From positions 2,880,001-2,944,000 of the forward strand of contig OZ242296.1 in the NCBI GenBank assembly GCA_965207735.1: DNA of 64,000 nt, given 5' to 3'. Below are positions 38,771 through 49,092 of this stretch, piece after piece (within the stretch, counting starts at the first letter, position 1; every line of letters begins with the position of its first letter). Source of the DNA: Candidatus Versatilivorator sp. GTDB taxonomy: Bacteria > Acidobacteriota > Terriglobia > Versatilivoradales > Versatilivoraceae. Both the position numbers and the translations under genes were made by a program. The notes beneath the pieces are model-generated. The model made no database searches, was not told the origin of the DNA, and saw nothing but the letters and a program-made list of their open reading frames with translations.

Positions 38771-39412
38771 ATGTCCAGAGCCGATGACATCAAGCAGGCT
38801 GCCACGGGATTGGCGCAGCTGAGCCTCTACTTGAGAACCAGGCAGTGGAAGGCAGGGGAAGCGCTGGGCCTGACGCCCACCCAGATCACCGTCCTGACCC
38901 TGCTCAGGCAGCGGGGATCCAACCGGGTTCGGACCCTGGCCAAGCTGCTCGGCGTTTCCCTGGCCACCGCCAGCCGCGTCATCTCGGCCCTGGAACGCAA
39001 GCAGCTTGTCCGAAAATCGATCGATCCTGCGGACGGCCGGGCCACCCTTGTGTCCCTGACGCAGGCGGGGGTTCGAGTCGTTTCGTCACGGACGGAGTTC
39101 CCGGAAGCACTGCTCAGCGCCCTGGCCGGGCTCAGCCCACTGGAGAGCCGGGCGCTGCATACGGCCCTCAGCAAGGTCATCCTGGAACTGCAGGAATCCG
39201 GGGCCATCGAACCCCAGAGGATGTGTTGCACCTGCCGTTTCTTTCGCCCCCACCGGCATTCGGACCAATCCCGGCCCCACCACTGCGATTTTGTGGACGC
39301 CCCCTTCGGAACTGCTTCGTTGCGTCTGGACTGCGGGGACCACCAGCCGGCCGAGGAAGCCGCGAGAAAGGAGCGCTGGCGGCGATTCCTGGCCGCCACT
39401 CCCCCGGATTGA
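38771..39412 (+). CDS. MarR-family regulator with C-terminal Cys/His cluster
   Basis: LTPTQ wHTH, DGR motif; tail MCCTCRFF...HHC...DCGDH. Confidence 0.87.
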   Translation: MSRADDIKQAATGLAQLSLYLRTRQWKAGEALGLTPTQITVLTLLRQRGSNRVRTLAKLLGVSLATASRVISALERKQLVRKSIDPADGRATLVSLTQAGVRVVSSRTEFPEALLSALAGLSPLESRALHTALSKVILELQESGAIEPQRMCCTCRFFRPHRHSDQSRPHHCDFVDAPFGTASLRLDCGDHQPAEEAARKERWRRFLAATPPD

Positions 39413-39488
39413 GGCGCCTCTCCGCCAGCGCAAGCCGGTGGTGGGGCTATCTTTCAACCAACCCTGATCCCTACAAGGAGGAATCACC

Positions 39489-39728
39489 ATGAAGAAACAA
39501 GCCACCTTCTACCATGCCGGCTGTCCGGTCTGCGTGGATGCTGAGACCCAATTCGCGGGGGCTCTCAATCCCGAGAGCTACGCGGTTGAGATCGTTCACC
39601 TCGGTACGGCCCCCGACCGCATCGCCGAGGCCGAAGAGGCCGGGGTGAACTCGGTCCCGGCCATGGTCGTGGATGGGAAGCCCTATCACATCAATTTCGG
39701 CGCATCCCTGGCCGATTTGAAGTCTTAG
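39489..39728 (+). CDS. Small thioredoxin/glutaredoxin-like protein
   Basis: HAGCPVC and SVP cis-Pro motif; AAGGAGG SD. Confidence 0.85.
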   Translation: MKKQATFYHAGCPVCVDAETQFAGALNPESYAVEIVHLGTAPDRIAEAEEAGVNSVPAMVVDGKPYHINFGASLADLKS

Positions 39729-39876
39729 AGATGAGTTTGGCGGCCTGCGCCGCCAGGAAAACCGCTTCTGCGTGGGTCGGGCAATCCGGTTGGGTTCCCG
39801 GCCCTTGCAGGACCCGCGGCCTTATATTAGACTAGGTGGCCGGCCGATCGAGGACATGTCGGCCGCTTCCTTCGAC

Positions 39877-39953
39877 GGTGAGTGTAGCTCAGTCGGTAGA
39901 GCACTGGATTGTGGCTCCAGCGGTCGTGGGTTCGATCCCCATCACTCACCCCA
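39877..39953 (+). tRNA. tRNA-His(GTG) with encoded G-1
   Basis: G-GTGAGTG...CTGGA-TTGTGGC-TCCAG...GGTTCGATCCC...CACTCAC-C-CCA. Confidence 0.96.
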
Positions 39954-40401
39954 CCCCCCTTCGCCTGAAACACCCCTGTTTCATCCTGTATCAGCCGCAC
40001 AGTCGCATGGGACGGCCACGCGGCCAAGTGAAAAGTGATTAGTGGCGAGTGGTTAGTGAATAGACCGACACGTAAAGCCTGAAACAACAGAAAAAGAGTG
40101 ATCCACGAAGGGCCACCAAGCGTGGCGGCTCTGCTGCATCGGCACGGGCTGCGGCGCGGCAAACCGGCGCATGCCCCTTTGAGGAGCAACAGTGTTGGGA
40201 GGAGGGCCCCCCCGGGAGCGCGGGCGTCCCGCCCGCATGCTATCCCGTTGCGTGCCGCTCAGTTTTCCTGCGATTCGGCGCCCGGCCACCCTGCCGGCGG
40301 GAACTCCATGGGCTCGGCCGAAGCAGAGTCCTGGCCCCGTTGCCGGTCGACCCGGGTCGAGGAGATGGCCGAGGCTGTGCCACGACTTGTGCGTGTGCAT
40401 T

Positions 40402-40582
40402 AATAGGGGACGTTGTTGAAATGTTGGAATTACTCTGTCTGGCGATTCTGTCAACACCTGGAGAGGGAGAAAAATGGAGGGAAAATCCAGGATTCAGAAG
40501 GAGAACTGCTTCGCCGTTTCAGTCGGTCAGGAATGGGGAACTGAGACAGTTATTCCAGTAATTCAACAACGTCCCCTATTTT
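40402..40582. repeat. Family G inverted pair with ~113-bp spacer
   Basis: AATAGGGGACGTTGTTGAAATGTTGGAATTACT at 40402-40434; AGTTATTCCAGTAATTCAACAACGTCCCCTATT from 40548. Confidence 0.9.
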
Positions 40583-40609
40583 TCCCCGGCCGACGATTAT
40601 ACTGCAAGT

Positions 40610-40682
40610 TCGAGTTTTTGAGTATGTGAATATTCTGAAACTCTGAATAGGTGAGTGTCTGAACGGTTGATTGTTTGAGTAT
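40610..40682. repeat. Degenerate 8-bp-period tandem array (NTGARTNN)
   Basis: TGA at 40619, 40627, 40636, 40644, 40652, 40660, 40668 and 40676. Confidence 0.65.
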
Positions 40683-40717
40683 TCAGATACTTGGACTGCT
40701 GTCCGATGCCAACGCAC

Positions 40718-40810
40718 CTGGCCGGCTACGCCAATCCAAAGACCACCCAGATCTATGACCGCCGTCGCCGGCGCGATACGCGGAATATCGTGGGGAGGAT
40801 TTCGGTGTAA
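40718..40810 (+). pseudogene. C-terminal fragment of a tyrosine recombinase
   Basis: LAGYANPKTTQIYDRRRRRDTRNIVGRISV*, matching box II LxGHxxxxTTxxY with H replaced by Y. Confidence 0.7.
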
Positions 40811-40830
40811 GCGGACTGTCTGCACTTGAA

Positions 40831-41946
40831 TCAAGTGTCGTAAATGAGCATCTTGTCCGTCAAATCCGACGCAACCTCATGTCTTTGCACACAGTGGACA
40901 ATCTCTTGGGAACGACTCAGACGTCGCTCCACTATGTCCCCACACTCTTTACACATAACGCGAAACTTGTCGGCTTCCTCGCTGTCATAAGGCATGTAGC
41001 GTCTCATCACCTCGATTAGATTGTTCTCGTCAACAAGTGTGATCTTTTTGCCCTGGACAAACTCTTTAGCGGTTTTGCCGAACTTAGCAGTGGTGACGAA
41101 AAAGCCCCTTGTAGCCGCTGCTTCTGTCACCGCCGAGTGGAAAACTTGAAGGTCTCGCCTGCCGATGCTTCTATCTCTGGCATACCTTTTGCACTCAATC
41201 AAATAGGTTTTTCCATCCTTTAGCGCAATAGCGTCTCTTCCACGGTCGTTCGAGTAGGGGGTTTGCTCAACAGCATAACCCCTCTTTCTGAATAGCTCGC
41301 TCACGAGATCTTCAAAGGCCCGTGGTGAAAGCTCTAGTAGTTTTCTGTAGTCACGACGTATCTGGTCTGCTAACCGATGAAATTCTTTTTCGCGAAGGTC
41401 ACGCGCCTGCTCTCGAATCCTTTCGTGCTCTTTAGCCCGAGCTTGGTCGGCGCGACGTTTGTACTCCAGTTGTCGCTGCTTCTCTCCGCACAGCGAGCAC
41501 TGACCAGCCGTAAGTCCGCCTGGGACTCCGTGTGGGCAAAGGATCCGCTCAAATTCCCGAATTCGATGACCTTTAACAAATGGGTGAATCAAGAATTCCA
41601 CAGCAGCCCATCCGGCACTGAGAGCCATGACGACGGCAGGCAACAGTACTACGTCGGAAATCTCTAAGCCAGCCCACATCAAGACAAACAGGACTCCGCT
41701 TATTGTCCAAAAGACACGCACCTCTGCACGAGACCATTCATCACTTGGCGTCTCTGGCTGGCTAAACTGTTCAAGTTCTTGGTAAGTATCAGAGGAGTGT
41801 GACGGGTCCTGGAGGGTCGGTTTGTTTGGAGGGGGCCAGTCGAAGAGTTTCTTACACCTCGGACAGGTCACTTTCAGGTTCCCCCGGTGCCGAGGCAACC
41901 GTAGTTGTTGCCGACAATTAGGACAGGCTATGATGGTTTCTGACAT
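40831..41946 (-). CDS. Membrane-anchored Mrr-like PD-(D/E)xK endonuclease with zinc ribbons
   Basis: CPNC..CPRC ribbon, two TM helices, then SPRAFEDLV.ELF..RGY...DRGRD...IECKRY...FFVTT..F (Mrr_cat), C-terminal CKEC. Confidence 0.85.
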   Translation of the reverse strand: MSETIIACPNCRQQLRLPRHRGNLKVTCPRCKKLFDWPPPNKPTLQDPSHSSDTYQELEQFSQPETPSDEWSRAEVRVFWTISGVLFVLMWAGLEISDVVLLPAVVMALSAGWAAVEFLIHPFVKGHRIREFERILCPHGVPGGLTAGQCSLCGEKQRQLEYKRRADQARAKEHERIREQARDLREKEFHRLADQIRRDYRKLLELSPRAFEDLVSELFRKRGYAVEQTPYSNDRGRDAIALKDGKTYLIECKRYARDRSIGRRDLQVFHSAVTEAAATRGFFVTTAKFGKTAKEFVQGKKITLVDENNLIEVMRRYMPYDSEEADKFRVMCKECGDIVERRLSRSQEIVHCVQRHEVASDLTDKMLIYDT

Positions 41947-42407
41947 CTCTGCTCTTAAGTGTGTTGAGTTTTCGGTTCCGGATCACGACCCGGTGCGGAG
42001 TTCGCTTGAGGACTACGGGGAGCGATCGCGTCCCAAGACTTGCCGCTTCTGGCCTGGATGGTGATGGTGAGGCCGGCGAGCTCCAGGGGTAGGGCAGTGG
42101 GGTTCGGCCCCGCGTAGAAGCTTCTCCAGGAGCCATCGGGGAGGCGGGCAGGCCGCGCCAGCCCTCGAGGGGCTCGAAAAGCTCAAACCTGGGCCTCGTA
42201 GCCGTTCCTGACAATCCCTTTGAGAAGGAGACGACTGCTAATGGACGTCATCAGCATAGCAAATCGACAATTACTCAACGGACTGTGGTGTTCACAAAAA
42301 GGGAGAACCTATTAGCTGGGCGTATAAAAAGGCACTTACAAACTTGCAGGAGGGCTTTTTGTGAAGTCTGGGCAGTCCATATGTAGTGGTTTTGGATCTG
42401 GTCTTTA

Positions 42408-42749
42408 GTGGGCATAGAGAACATGAATCTAAAACTTAAAGACCCTGTGTCCCCTTGCGTCTACATCTTCCTGGACGAGTCCGGGAACTTTGACTTCCGC
42501 AGGAGCGGAACCCGCCATCTTGTGATGACCTGCGTTAGTATGTGCCGCCCGTTTTCGGCTTGGGAGCATCTTGATGACTATAAGCAAGAATTAGCCGCGC
42601 AATGCGAACAGTTGGAGAAACAATTCGCCAAGTGGGCGAACCTGACGAAACTACTCACCGAGGACCATCAAGAGATGGGCGCCCACGTTACAAAATTAAC
42701 CAACGTCTACCACACGCTCACGGCGGATTTGAGGGAACTTTTGCGTTGA
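42408..42749 (+). pseudogene. DUF3800-like N-terminus fused to an unrelated coiled-coil fragment
   Basis: YIFLDESGNFDF motif, but the ORF is only 113 aa and the second half is a heptad-rich helix. Confidence 0.55.
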
Positions 42750-43818
42750 TCCATGCCGAGGCCGAGCAGAAGCGGAATGCAGGGGACCAGCCGGACCGCG
42801 TTGCGGGGCTAATTGAGAGCCGGATTCAGAACCGAGTGCGTAGCCGCGGTGGACCGGGCAGGTGATCTCAGATGCTGCAGGGCTCTCTCCTGTGGGAAGG
42901 TCTTGAGCATGGAAGGACTTCGATGAAACTGCCGAGTGGGCTATGTTGGATTTGTGGCGGACTTGTCGTTATCGGACTGGCTTCGATCGTGGTGGTCTAT
43001 TGGGAGTGGTTAAGCTGCGGGGAGTCTGGATCCACGACCCTCCGTAACCTTGGCCTCATGGTTGCCGGCGTCATTGCGCTTTGGTTTGCTTACCGGCGTA
43101 GCCGCGTAGCTGATCGCCAAGCCGAAACTTCGCACCGTGGTCTTCTGAACGAGCGCTATCAGAAGGGCGCAGAGATGCTCGGCAGCAAGGTGCTATCTGT
43201 CCGCTTGGGAGGTATCTACGCGCTGCAACGTCTGTCCGAGGACGAGCCGGAGCAGTACCACCTCCAAATCACGCATCTGTTCTGCGCCTTTGCGAGCCAT
43301 CCAACCGAGGACAGAGACTACATGGCTGCGTTGAGGGTCACCGAACAGAAACCACACCGACTCCGCGAGGATGTTCAGGTCGCTGTGACGGCGATCGGAA
43401 CCCGTAGCGAACAAGACATTGAACTTGAGAAGAAAGGGAACTTCTCCCTAATCTTGGACTGTGCGTACTTGGTCGGTGCGTATCTGAGCGGCGCAGACCT
43501 AACTGGCGTGAGTCTGAGCAAGGCAAACTTGGCCGACGCGTACCTGGTCAAAGTAAACCTAACTGATTCGCACCTGAACAGCACAGACCTGACCGGGGCG
43601 TACTTGAGCGGCGCAGAGCTAAACGGGGCATACCTGCTTAAAGCAAACCTGACAAAAGCAGAGCTGACCGACGCAACCCTGACCAGCGTAAAACTAAGCG
43701 ACGCAGACCTGACTGGGGCAGACCTGACGGGCTCAGATCTGACTGGAGCAGTCCTAACCAATGCAATCTTGACGAACGCCACCCTGAGGAATACAACGCT
43801 GACGAACGCAATGCTTAG

Positions 43819-45516
43819 CCCGCATTTCTCACCAGAGGTAGGAAGCATCGGTTCTCGGAATCTGGTAAAATACTCTTGTCTAAGGAGTTAACCAGATTCT
43901 TAAAGGAGAACCGATGCCGACACAGTGTAACACCAAACCCCTGGAGTTTGAACCCCACGGCCGCCGCCGCGTGGTGGCTGATTTCGACGGCGGTCCCATC
44001 ACTTCCGATGCCGGCTCCCTGCTGTTGCGCCGGGTGGATCGGGGCTTATCTCTCTCCGACCAGGTGGCCGACTGTTTCACCGATCACCGCGACCCCAAGC
44101 GGACCCAATACAGCCTGCGCACCCTCATCGCTCAGCGCATCCGTGGCATCGCCCTCGGCTACGAGGATCTCATCGACCACGACCAACTCCGTCACGATCC
44201 CCTCATGGCCTTGTTTTCAGAGAAAGGCCGTCGTGGCGACTCGCCTCCCCTGGCAGGCAAGAGCACCCTCAACCGACTCGAACACGCCCCCACCCAAGGC
44301 CCCACCCGCTACCACAAGATTGACCACGACCCCGAGGCCTTGCAAGCCCTCCTGGTGAAACTGTTTCTGCAAGCCCATCCCCAACCCCCCGATGAGATCA
44401 TCCTCGACCTCGACGCCACTGACGATCCCCTCCACGGGGAACAAGAGGACCGCTTCTTCCACGGCTACTACCGAGGCTACTGCTACCTGCCCCTCTACAT
44501 CTTCTCGGGCCGCCATCTGCTCTCGGCCCTGCTCAGACCCGCCAACATCGATGCCTCCGCCGGCGCTCTGGAGCAGGTCCAGCGCATCGTCTCCCGCCTA
44601 CGGCGTGTCTGGCCTCAGGTCAAGATCCTGCTGCGGGCCGACTCCGGCTTTGCCCGTGAGGAGCTGATGGGGTGGTGTGAGCAGCATCAGGTCGACTATC
44701 TCTTCGGCCTGGCCCGCAACTCCCGCCTCCAAGACGCCATCGCCCCCGAGTTGGCTCAGGCCCAGGCCCTCTCAGACCAGCAACAGCAGCCCGCCCGGAT
44801 CTTCACCGACCTCTCCTACCGCACTCACAAGAGCTGGTCCCACGAGCGCCGCCTGGTCGCCAAAGCCGAGGTCCTGCCCCGCGGCCCCAACCCCCGCTTC
44901 GTCGTCACCTCTCTGTCGGTCCAGGACTACCCCGCCCAGTTCCTCTATGAGAAAATCTACTGTGCCCGCGGTGAGATGGAAAACCGCATCAAGGAGCAGC
45001 AACTCGACCTGTTTGCCGATCGCACCTCCACCCACTCCTTCCGGGCGAATCAGCTCCGGCTCCTGATGACCTCTTTCGCCTATGTGCTGGTGGAGGGCTT
45101 GCGCCGGCGGGCGCTGCAATCCACCTGCCTGGCCCGGGCCACCGTCGGTTCCATCAGACTCAAACTGCTCAAGATCGGCGCTCAGGTCACCATCTCGGTC
45201 CGTCGCATCAAGGTCGCCATGGCTTCCGGATGTCCTTACCAGAGGGAGTTCCGCATCGCTTGGGCTCACCTGCCGCCCTGAGGTGCCCTGACCCGACCGT
45301 CACTCCTGGCCCTTGAAGACGCGGCCACCAGGCCCGATGGCAGAGGTGTCGCTGTTTTCGAGGGAAAATGCCGCCTGAGGTTCCTCGGAGAGCCTCAGAA
45401 GCCTCCGCTGTTGGCCTTTGCCTACCGATCCAGCCACCAACGTTGTTAAACTCGGCCTCAAATGCCTCCATGGCCCCTTTTACCGCTCCTGTGCGAACTC
45501 TGGTGAGAAATGCGGG
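43819..45516 (+). mobile_element. IS1380-family element, copy 1 (1698 bp)
   Basis: 19-bp TIR CCCGCATTTCTCACCAGAG; TTAG duplication at 43815-43818 and 45517-45520. Confidence 0.93.
43914..45281 (+). CDS. IS1380-family DDE transposase
   Basis: FDGGPITSDAG, GYEDL.DH..LR.DP, LDLDATDDP.HG.QE..FFHGYY, RADSGF, RGEMENRIKEQ. Confidence 0.93.
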   Translation: MPTQCNTKPLEFEPHGRRRVVADFDGGPITSDAGSLLLRRVDRGLSLSDQVADCFTDHRDPKRTQYSLRTLIAQRIRGIALGYEDLIDHDQLRHDPLMALFSEKGRRGDSPPLAGKSTLNRLEHAPTQGPTRYHKIDHDPEALQALLVKLFLQAHPQPPDEIILDLDATDDPLHGEQEDRFFHGYYRGYCYLPLYIFSGRHLLSALLRPANIDASAGALEQVQRIVSRLRRVWPQVKILLRADSGFAREELMGWCEQHQVDYLFGLARNSRLQDAIAPELAQAQALSDQQQQPARIFTDLSYRTHKSWSHERRLVAKAEVLPRGPNPRFVVTSLSVQDYPAQFLYEKIYCARGEMENRIKEQQLDLFADRTSTHSFRANQLRLLMTSFAYVLVEGLRRRALQSTCLARATVGSIRLKLLKIGAQVTISVRRIKVAMASGCPYQREFRIAWAHLPP

Positions 45517-46139
45517 TTAGGAAAGCAAACCTGACGAACACAATCCTGAAGAATGCAAAATTGGATAGCGCAGATCTAACCAACACCAAGCTGGGCGACG
45601 CAGACCTGGGCGGCGCAGACCTGGCTGGGGCGTACCTTACCGACTCAGACCTGTCCGGCGCGTACCTGACGGGAGCGGTCCTGACCGGAGCGGTCCTCTT
45701 TCAGGTGAAAGGCCTCACCCAGGGCCAACTCAACCTAGCGTGCGCCAATCCCGATAACCCTCCCAATTTAGGTCAACTCCGTGATGCTGAAACTGGTGCC
45801 CCTCTGGAATGGCGCGGCAAACCTTGCAGAGAGTAAGCTCCCGATAAAGTATCTTGTCGGCCCCTATTTCAGCGACCTCGAGGACCAGCGCCAGGGCGTT
45901 CTCGAGACGCCTGGAACGCTTCCCCGGGCTGGATCCGCGTCACCAGCGCGTGATTTCCCGGGTGCTACGGGTCGCCGGCCCCCGGGAAAATCTAACAGAG
46001 GCTATCCTGCGGCCTCTGTTTTCGCGGATTGTGCCCCAGGAAGCGTTTTTGGGGTTTTAGGGTACGCTGGAGGTCGAGAAATCGCAGCCTTGCCTGCCTA
46101 GCTCAAGGATTTGTGGGGTATCTAGTGGTTGCCGATCCC

Positions 46140-46873
46140 TTTGAAAAGGGTAAACTGAGCCGCGCCCTCGATCACTTCACACGGGCCGACCAGGTCGACC
46201 AACTGATCGAGGCCCGCGAGGCCGAGCCGGACCGAGGGTTCATGGCGCCGCTGCTGACGCTGTGCAGCCTGCCGCACACCGACCCGGGCAACCGGCTCCA
46301 GTATGTTCGCCGGAACGGTCCTTACAGACTTACCATGCCCGCTACGGGTGAGTACAAACTCCCCTATGGCAGCCTTCCCCGCTTGATGCTCGCCTGGATG
46401 TGTACCGAAGCAGTCCGGACTCAGAGCCGCGACCTGGTGCTAGGACGCTCACTTTCCAAGTTTATGGAGAAGCTCGGTATGGCTCCGGTCGGTTCCGGTC
46501 GGACCCGACTCCGTAACCAGATGCACAGGTTCTTCAATGCCGGTGTCCGACTGGCGTACAGCGACGCTGAGGGCGAAGCCAGTATGGGCGTTGTGTGGTT
46601 GCCTCTCGGATCGAGTTATGGTGGAACCCCAAGCGGCCCGACCAACCGACTCTTTGGGAAAGCAGGATTCGGTTGGGCGAGGAGTTGTTCGAGGAAATCC
46701 TTCGCCATCCCATCCCCATCGAGATGCACACGCTCAAAGCCCTCAAGCGGTCTCCCCTGGGTCTCGATCTCTACCTGTGGCTCACCTACCGCGTGTTCTC
46801 TCTTGAGAAGCCAGTCGCCTTGCCATGGAAGCGACTCTACCGCCAGTTTGGAGCGGACCCGGAGTTACAGTGA
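46140..46873 (+). pseudogene. Plasmid RepA (RepA_C/IncW-like) pseudogene, frameshifted near 46595 and truncated
   Basis: CSLPHTDPG..YVRRNG...LPYGSLPRL.LAW..TEAVRT in one frame continues as LWWNP...HPIPIEM..LKAL..SPLGLDLYLWLTYR in another. Confidence 0.8.
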
Positions 46874-46874
46874 G

Positions 46875-47945
46875 CTACTCTTTCCGGGGGAAGTAGAGTC
46901 GTAGCTGTAGAGGCTCTTTCCCGTACATCGCATTCACCTTGTCTCTCAGTTCTCGCATTGATTCGCACGTGCGGGCCACGCCGACGATCATCCAGATATG
47001 CTCGACAAGTTTCTTTAAGCCGTACTGGCCGCTTAACCACTGGTGATAATTTTGGCCGTATCGGGGCTCGGGTGCGTTTTTTCTAAGCCAATTGGCAACA
47101 TCTGGGTCTAGCTTTTCATAGATCAATTCCATAACCAGTTTGCCCCAATACTTTGGCCGCCTCGAGAGTTGCCCCTTCCATCGGGTCAAGCGGCCGAACT
47201 CCTGCCAGATTTCATCAGGAAAGGTCTTTTCCCATTTCCTCATTTCTCCTTCTAAGAAGGCAGCAAGCTTGACCTGGAGAGCATCGGCCTCTCGCTCATA
47301 CTGATACCCTGTTGCTTCGTCGATAAGTGCTTCGAGACCAAGTTTTGCGCATGCTGACAAGAACATGCTTGCCTGCATTGCCATTTCCTGCTGTCTCGTA
47401 GTTAAGCGTGGATGCACAGAATCTCGGCGGAGGCTATGCTCCAAGGCATTCACGAAGCCTTGGCATATTTCGATAAAGATATCAGCCGGCAGGCCCTTAA
47501 CGGCCTTTTCTAGGCCCTCCACCTCGGGAAGTCTAAATGGCACCATTCTCTCTAGCACTGAGTCCTTGGCAATAAAGGGTTCCAGTGCTCTAACGGCGAT
47601 ATACTTCTCGAGTGCTCCTCCGCCCTTAATACCAGTCAAGACCTCAGTTGCCGAGGTTCGACCAATCACTCTTACCCCATTGTCTAGCACGTAGCAGGGA
47701 ACGGACATCCCGATGATATCCAACTCGCCGCGATGGACGGCGGTCGGCATTTCGTTGGACGGTTCTATTTCCTCAACCCTTTGTATTTCTGCTTCCGTCA
47801 GGGTGGACTCCTCTGGTTTCTCGGCGGCCCGTCTGTCCCACCTCGCTCGCGCTGCTCGCCGAGCCCTGTCTGAGCGCTCTTGGTCGGTCATGGATGTTTT
47901 CTCACCATGTAGACGCGCTGGAAAATCTTTCGTATCTCTGTTCAT
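46875..47945 (-). CDS. P63C-domain protein
   Basis: RARRAARARW N-terminus, PCYVLDNG.RVI, GLEALIDEATGYQYER, WEKTFPD, YHQWLS. Confidence 0.85.
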   Translation of the reverse strand: MNRDTKDFPARLHGEKTSMTDQERSDRARRAARARWDRRAAEKPEESTLTEAEIQRVEEIEPSNEMPTAVHRGELDIIGMSVPCYVLDNGVRVIGRTSATEVLTGIKGGGALEKYIAVRALEPFIAKDSVLERMVPFRLPEVEGLEKAVKGLPADIFIEICQGFVNALEHSLRRDSVHPRLTTRQQEMAMQASMFLSACAKLGLEALIDEATGYQYEREADALQVKLAAFLEGEMRKWEKTFPDEIWQEFGRLTRWKGQLSRRPKYWGKLVMELIYEKLDPDVANWLRKNAPEPRYGQNYHQWLSGQYGLKKLVEHIWMIVGVARTCESMRELRDKVNAMYGKEPLQLRLYFPRKE

Positions 47946-47961
47946 GTTATACCTCCAATAT

Positions 47962-47992
47962 GCATATGCTAGATTTATAAATTAGCATATGC
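47962..47992. promoter_or_regulatory. Near-perfect 31-bp palindrome (candidate operator) upstream of the P63C gene
   Basis: GCATATGCTA-G-ATTTATAAAT-TAGCATATGC. Confidence 0.65.
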
Positions 47993-48606
47993 GAATTGGA
48001 TTTTCAACATAATGCTAAAATTGCCGCGGTTAAGGAGAGGATATTCGAGATTGTGGTAGGGAGGCTACGAAGTGGGAGTCTCCGACTCCCTACACCTTGA
48101 CAGCTGACGCTTCACCGTAGAAGCGAGTATGTCAATCAGGCAAAATGCCGGGGTACCGGGGTATGCGACGAGTTGAGAAAGTGCAGCCTGCCGGGCAAAG
48201 CTCAAGGATTTATGGGGTGTCTGATGAGAATCATGGGCCGGGAGGTAGTTCACCAGAGTCTTGAGCCTATGGATTTCCCTTTTCATGAGCGACGGGGAGA
48301 TCACCTCATTCTTCCTAAAGACTTCCGATGAGGAATTGCTTGCTCAGGCCTGGGACCGGATGCGGAGCGATACTTTCGTTGAATTTCCGGAACAAGGGTG
48401 GGACCAGGTGATACCCCGCGACAACCCCTACACTTTCCTCCAAGTTGAAGATTTCAACTGGTGGCCGTTGCCGCGGGCATAGAAGCGGCCGTAGCGTTCC
48501 CGGGACACACGCTCGCGACTACGGCCCCTCTCGTTAGTTTCTCTCAGAGGGTGGCGCCCTCGAAGTCGCAGCCTACCCGGCAAGGCTCACGATAGGAGGT
48601 GTAACG

Positions 48607-48894
48607 ATGAATCAACGCACAGTAGTGATTGCCCTGGCGCTCATCTGCCTGATGACCGTGGTTGGATTGGTTGGGCTTCGGGGTTGGGCAGGACCGGAGA
48701 AGACATCCAATCCTCCTGGGTGTTTCGACATTGAGGTACACCCAGTAGCTGCACGCCTTACGTTTGTTGTGAACAGGTGCACTGGGGAAACCTGGCAATT
48801 ACAGGAAGGAAGTGAGGGGGCTCTCTCCTGGATGCCACTCAGAAGACACCCCACCGAACTGCTTGATTTATTCGAAGGCTTGGGGGGTGAATGA
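48607..48894 (+). CDS. Small exported/membrane hypothetical protein
   Basis: AGGAGGT SD, N-terminal hydrophobic helix, NRCTGETW motif. Confidence 0.65.
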   Translation: MNQRTVVIALALICLMTVVGLVGLRGWAGPEKTSNPPGCFDIEVHPVAARLTFVVNRCTGETWQLQEGSEGALSWMPLRRHPTELLDLFEGLGGE

Positions 48895-49092
48895 CTGAGG
48901 CTTTTCCTTTCAGAGCGCGCAGGCCTTCTCTCCTGTGGGAGGGGTCGAAGCATCCAAACAAGGACGAGTTGGGGTGTGGTCTGCGGCGCTGGGTGAAATC
49001 GCGGTCAATGCGACAGGTTTCTAGCATGGAAGGTTTGCCCTGTCCGAAAAGTTAATTGAGTGTCTCAAACAGCAGGGGGATGGGGCTGACAG

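Larger units (their letters stand above)
42923..45836 (+). pseudogene. Membrane pentapeptide-repeat protein split by IS1380
   Basis: TM helices, VRLGGIYALQRL, A(D/N)LxxA repeats. Removing the IS and one TTAG gives the in-frame junction ATG CTT AGG AAA (MLRKANL). Confidence 0.88.
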
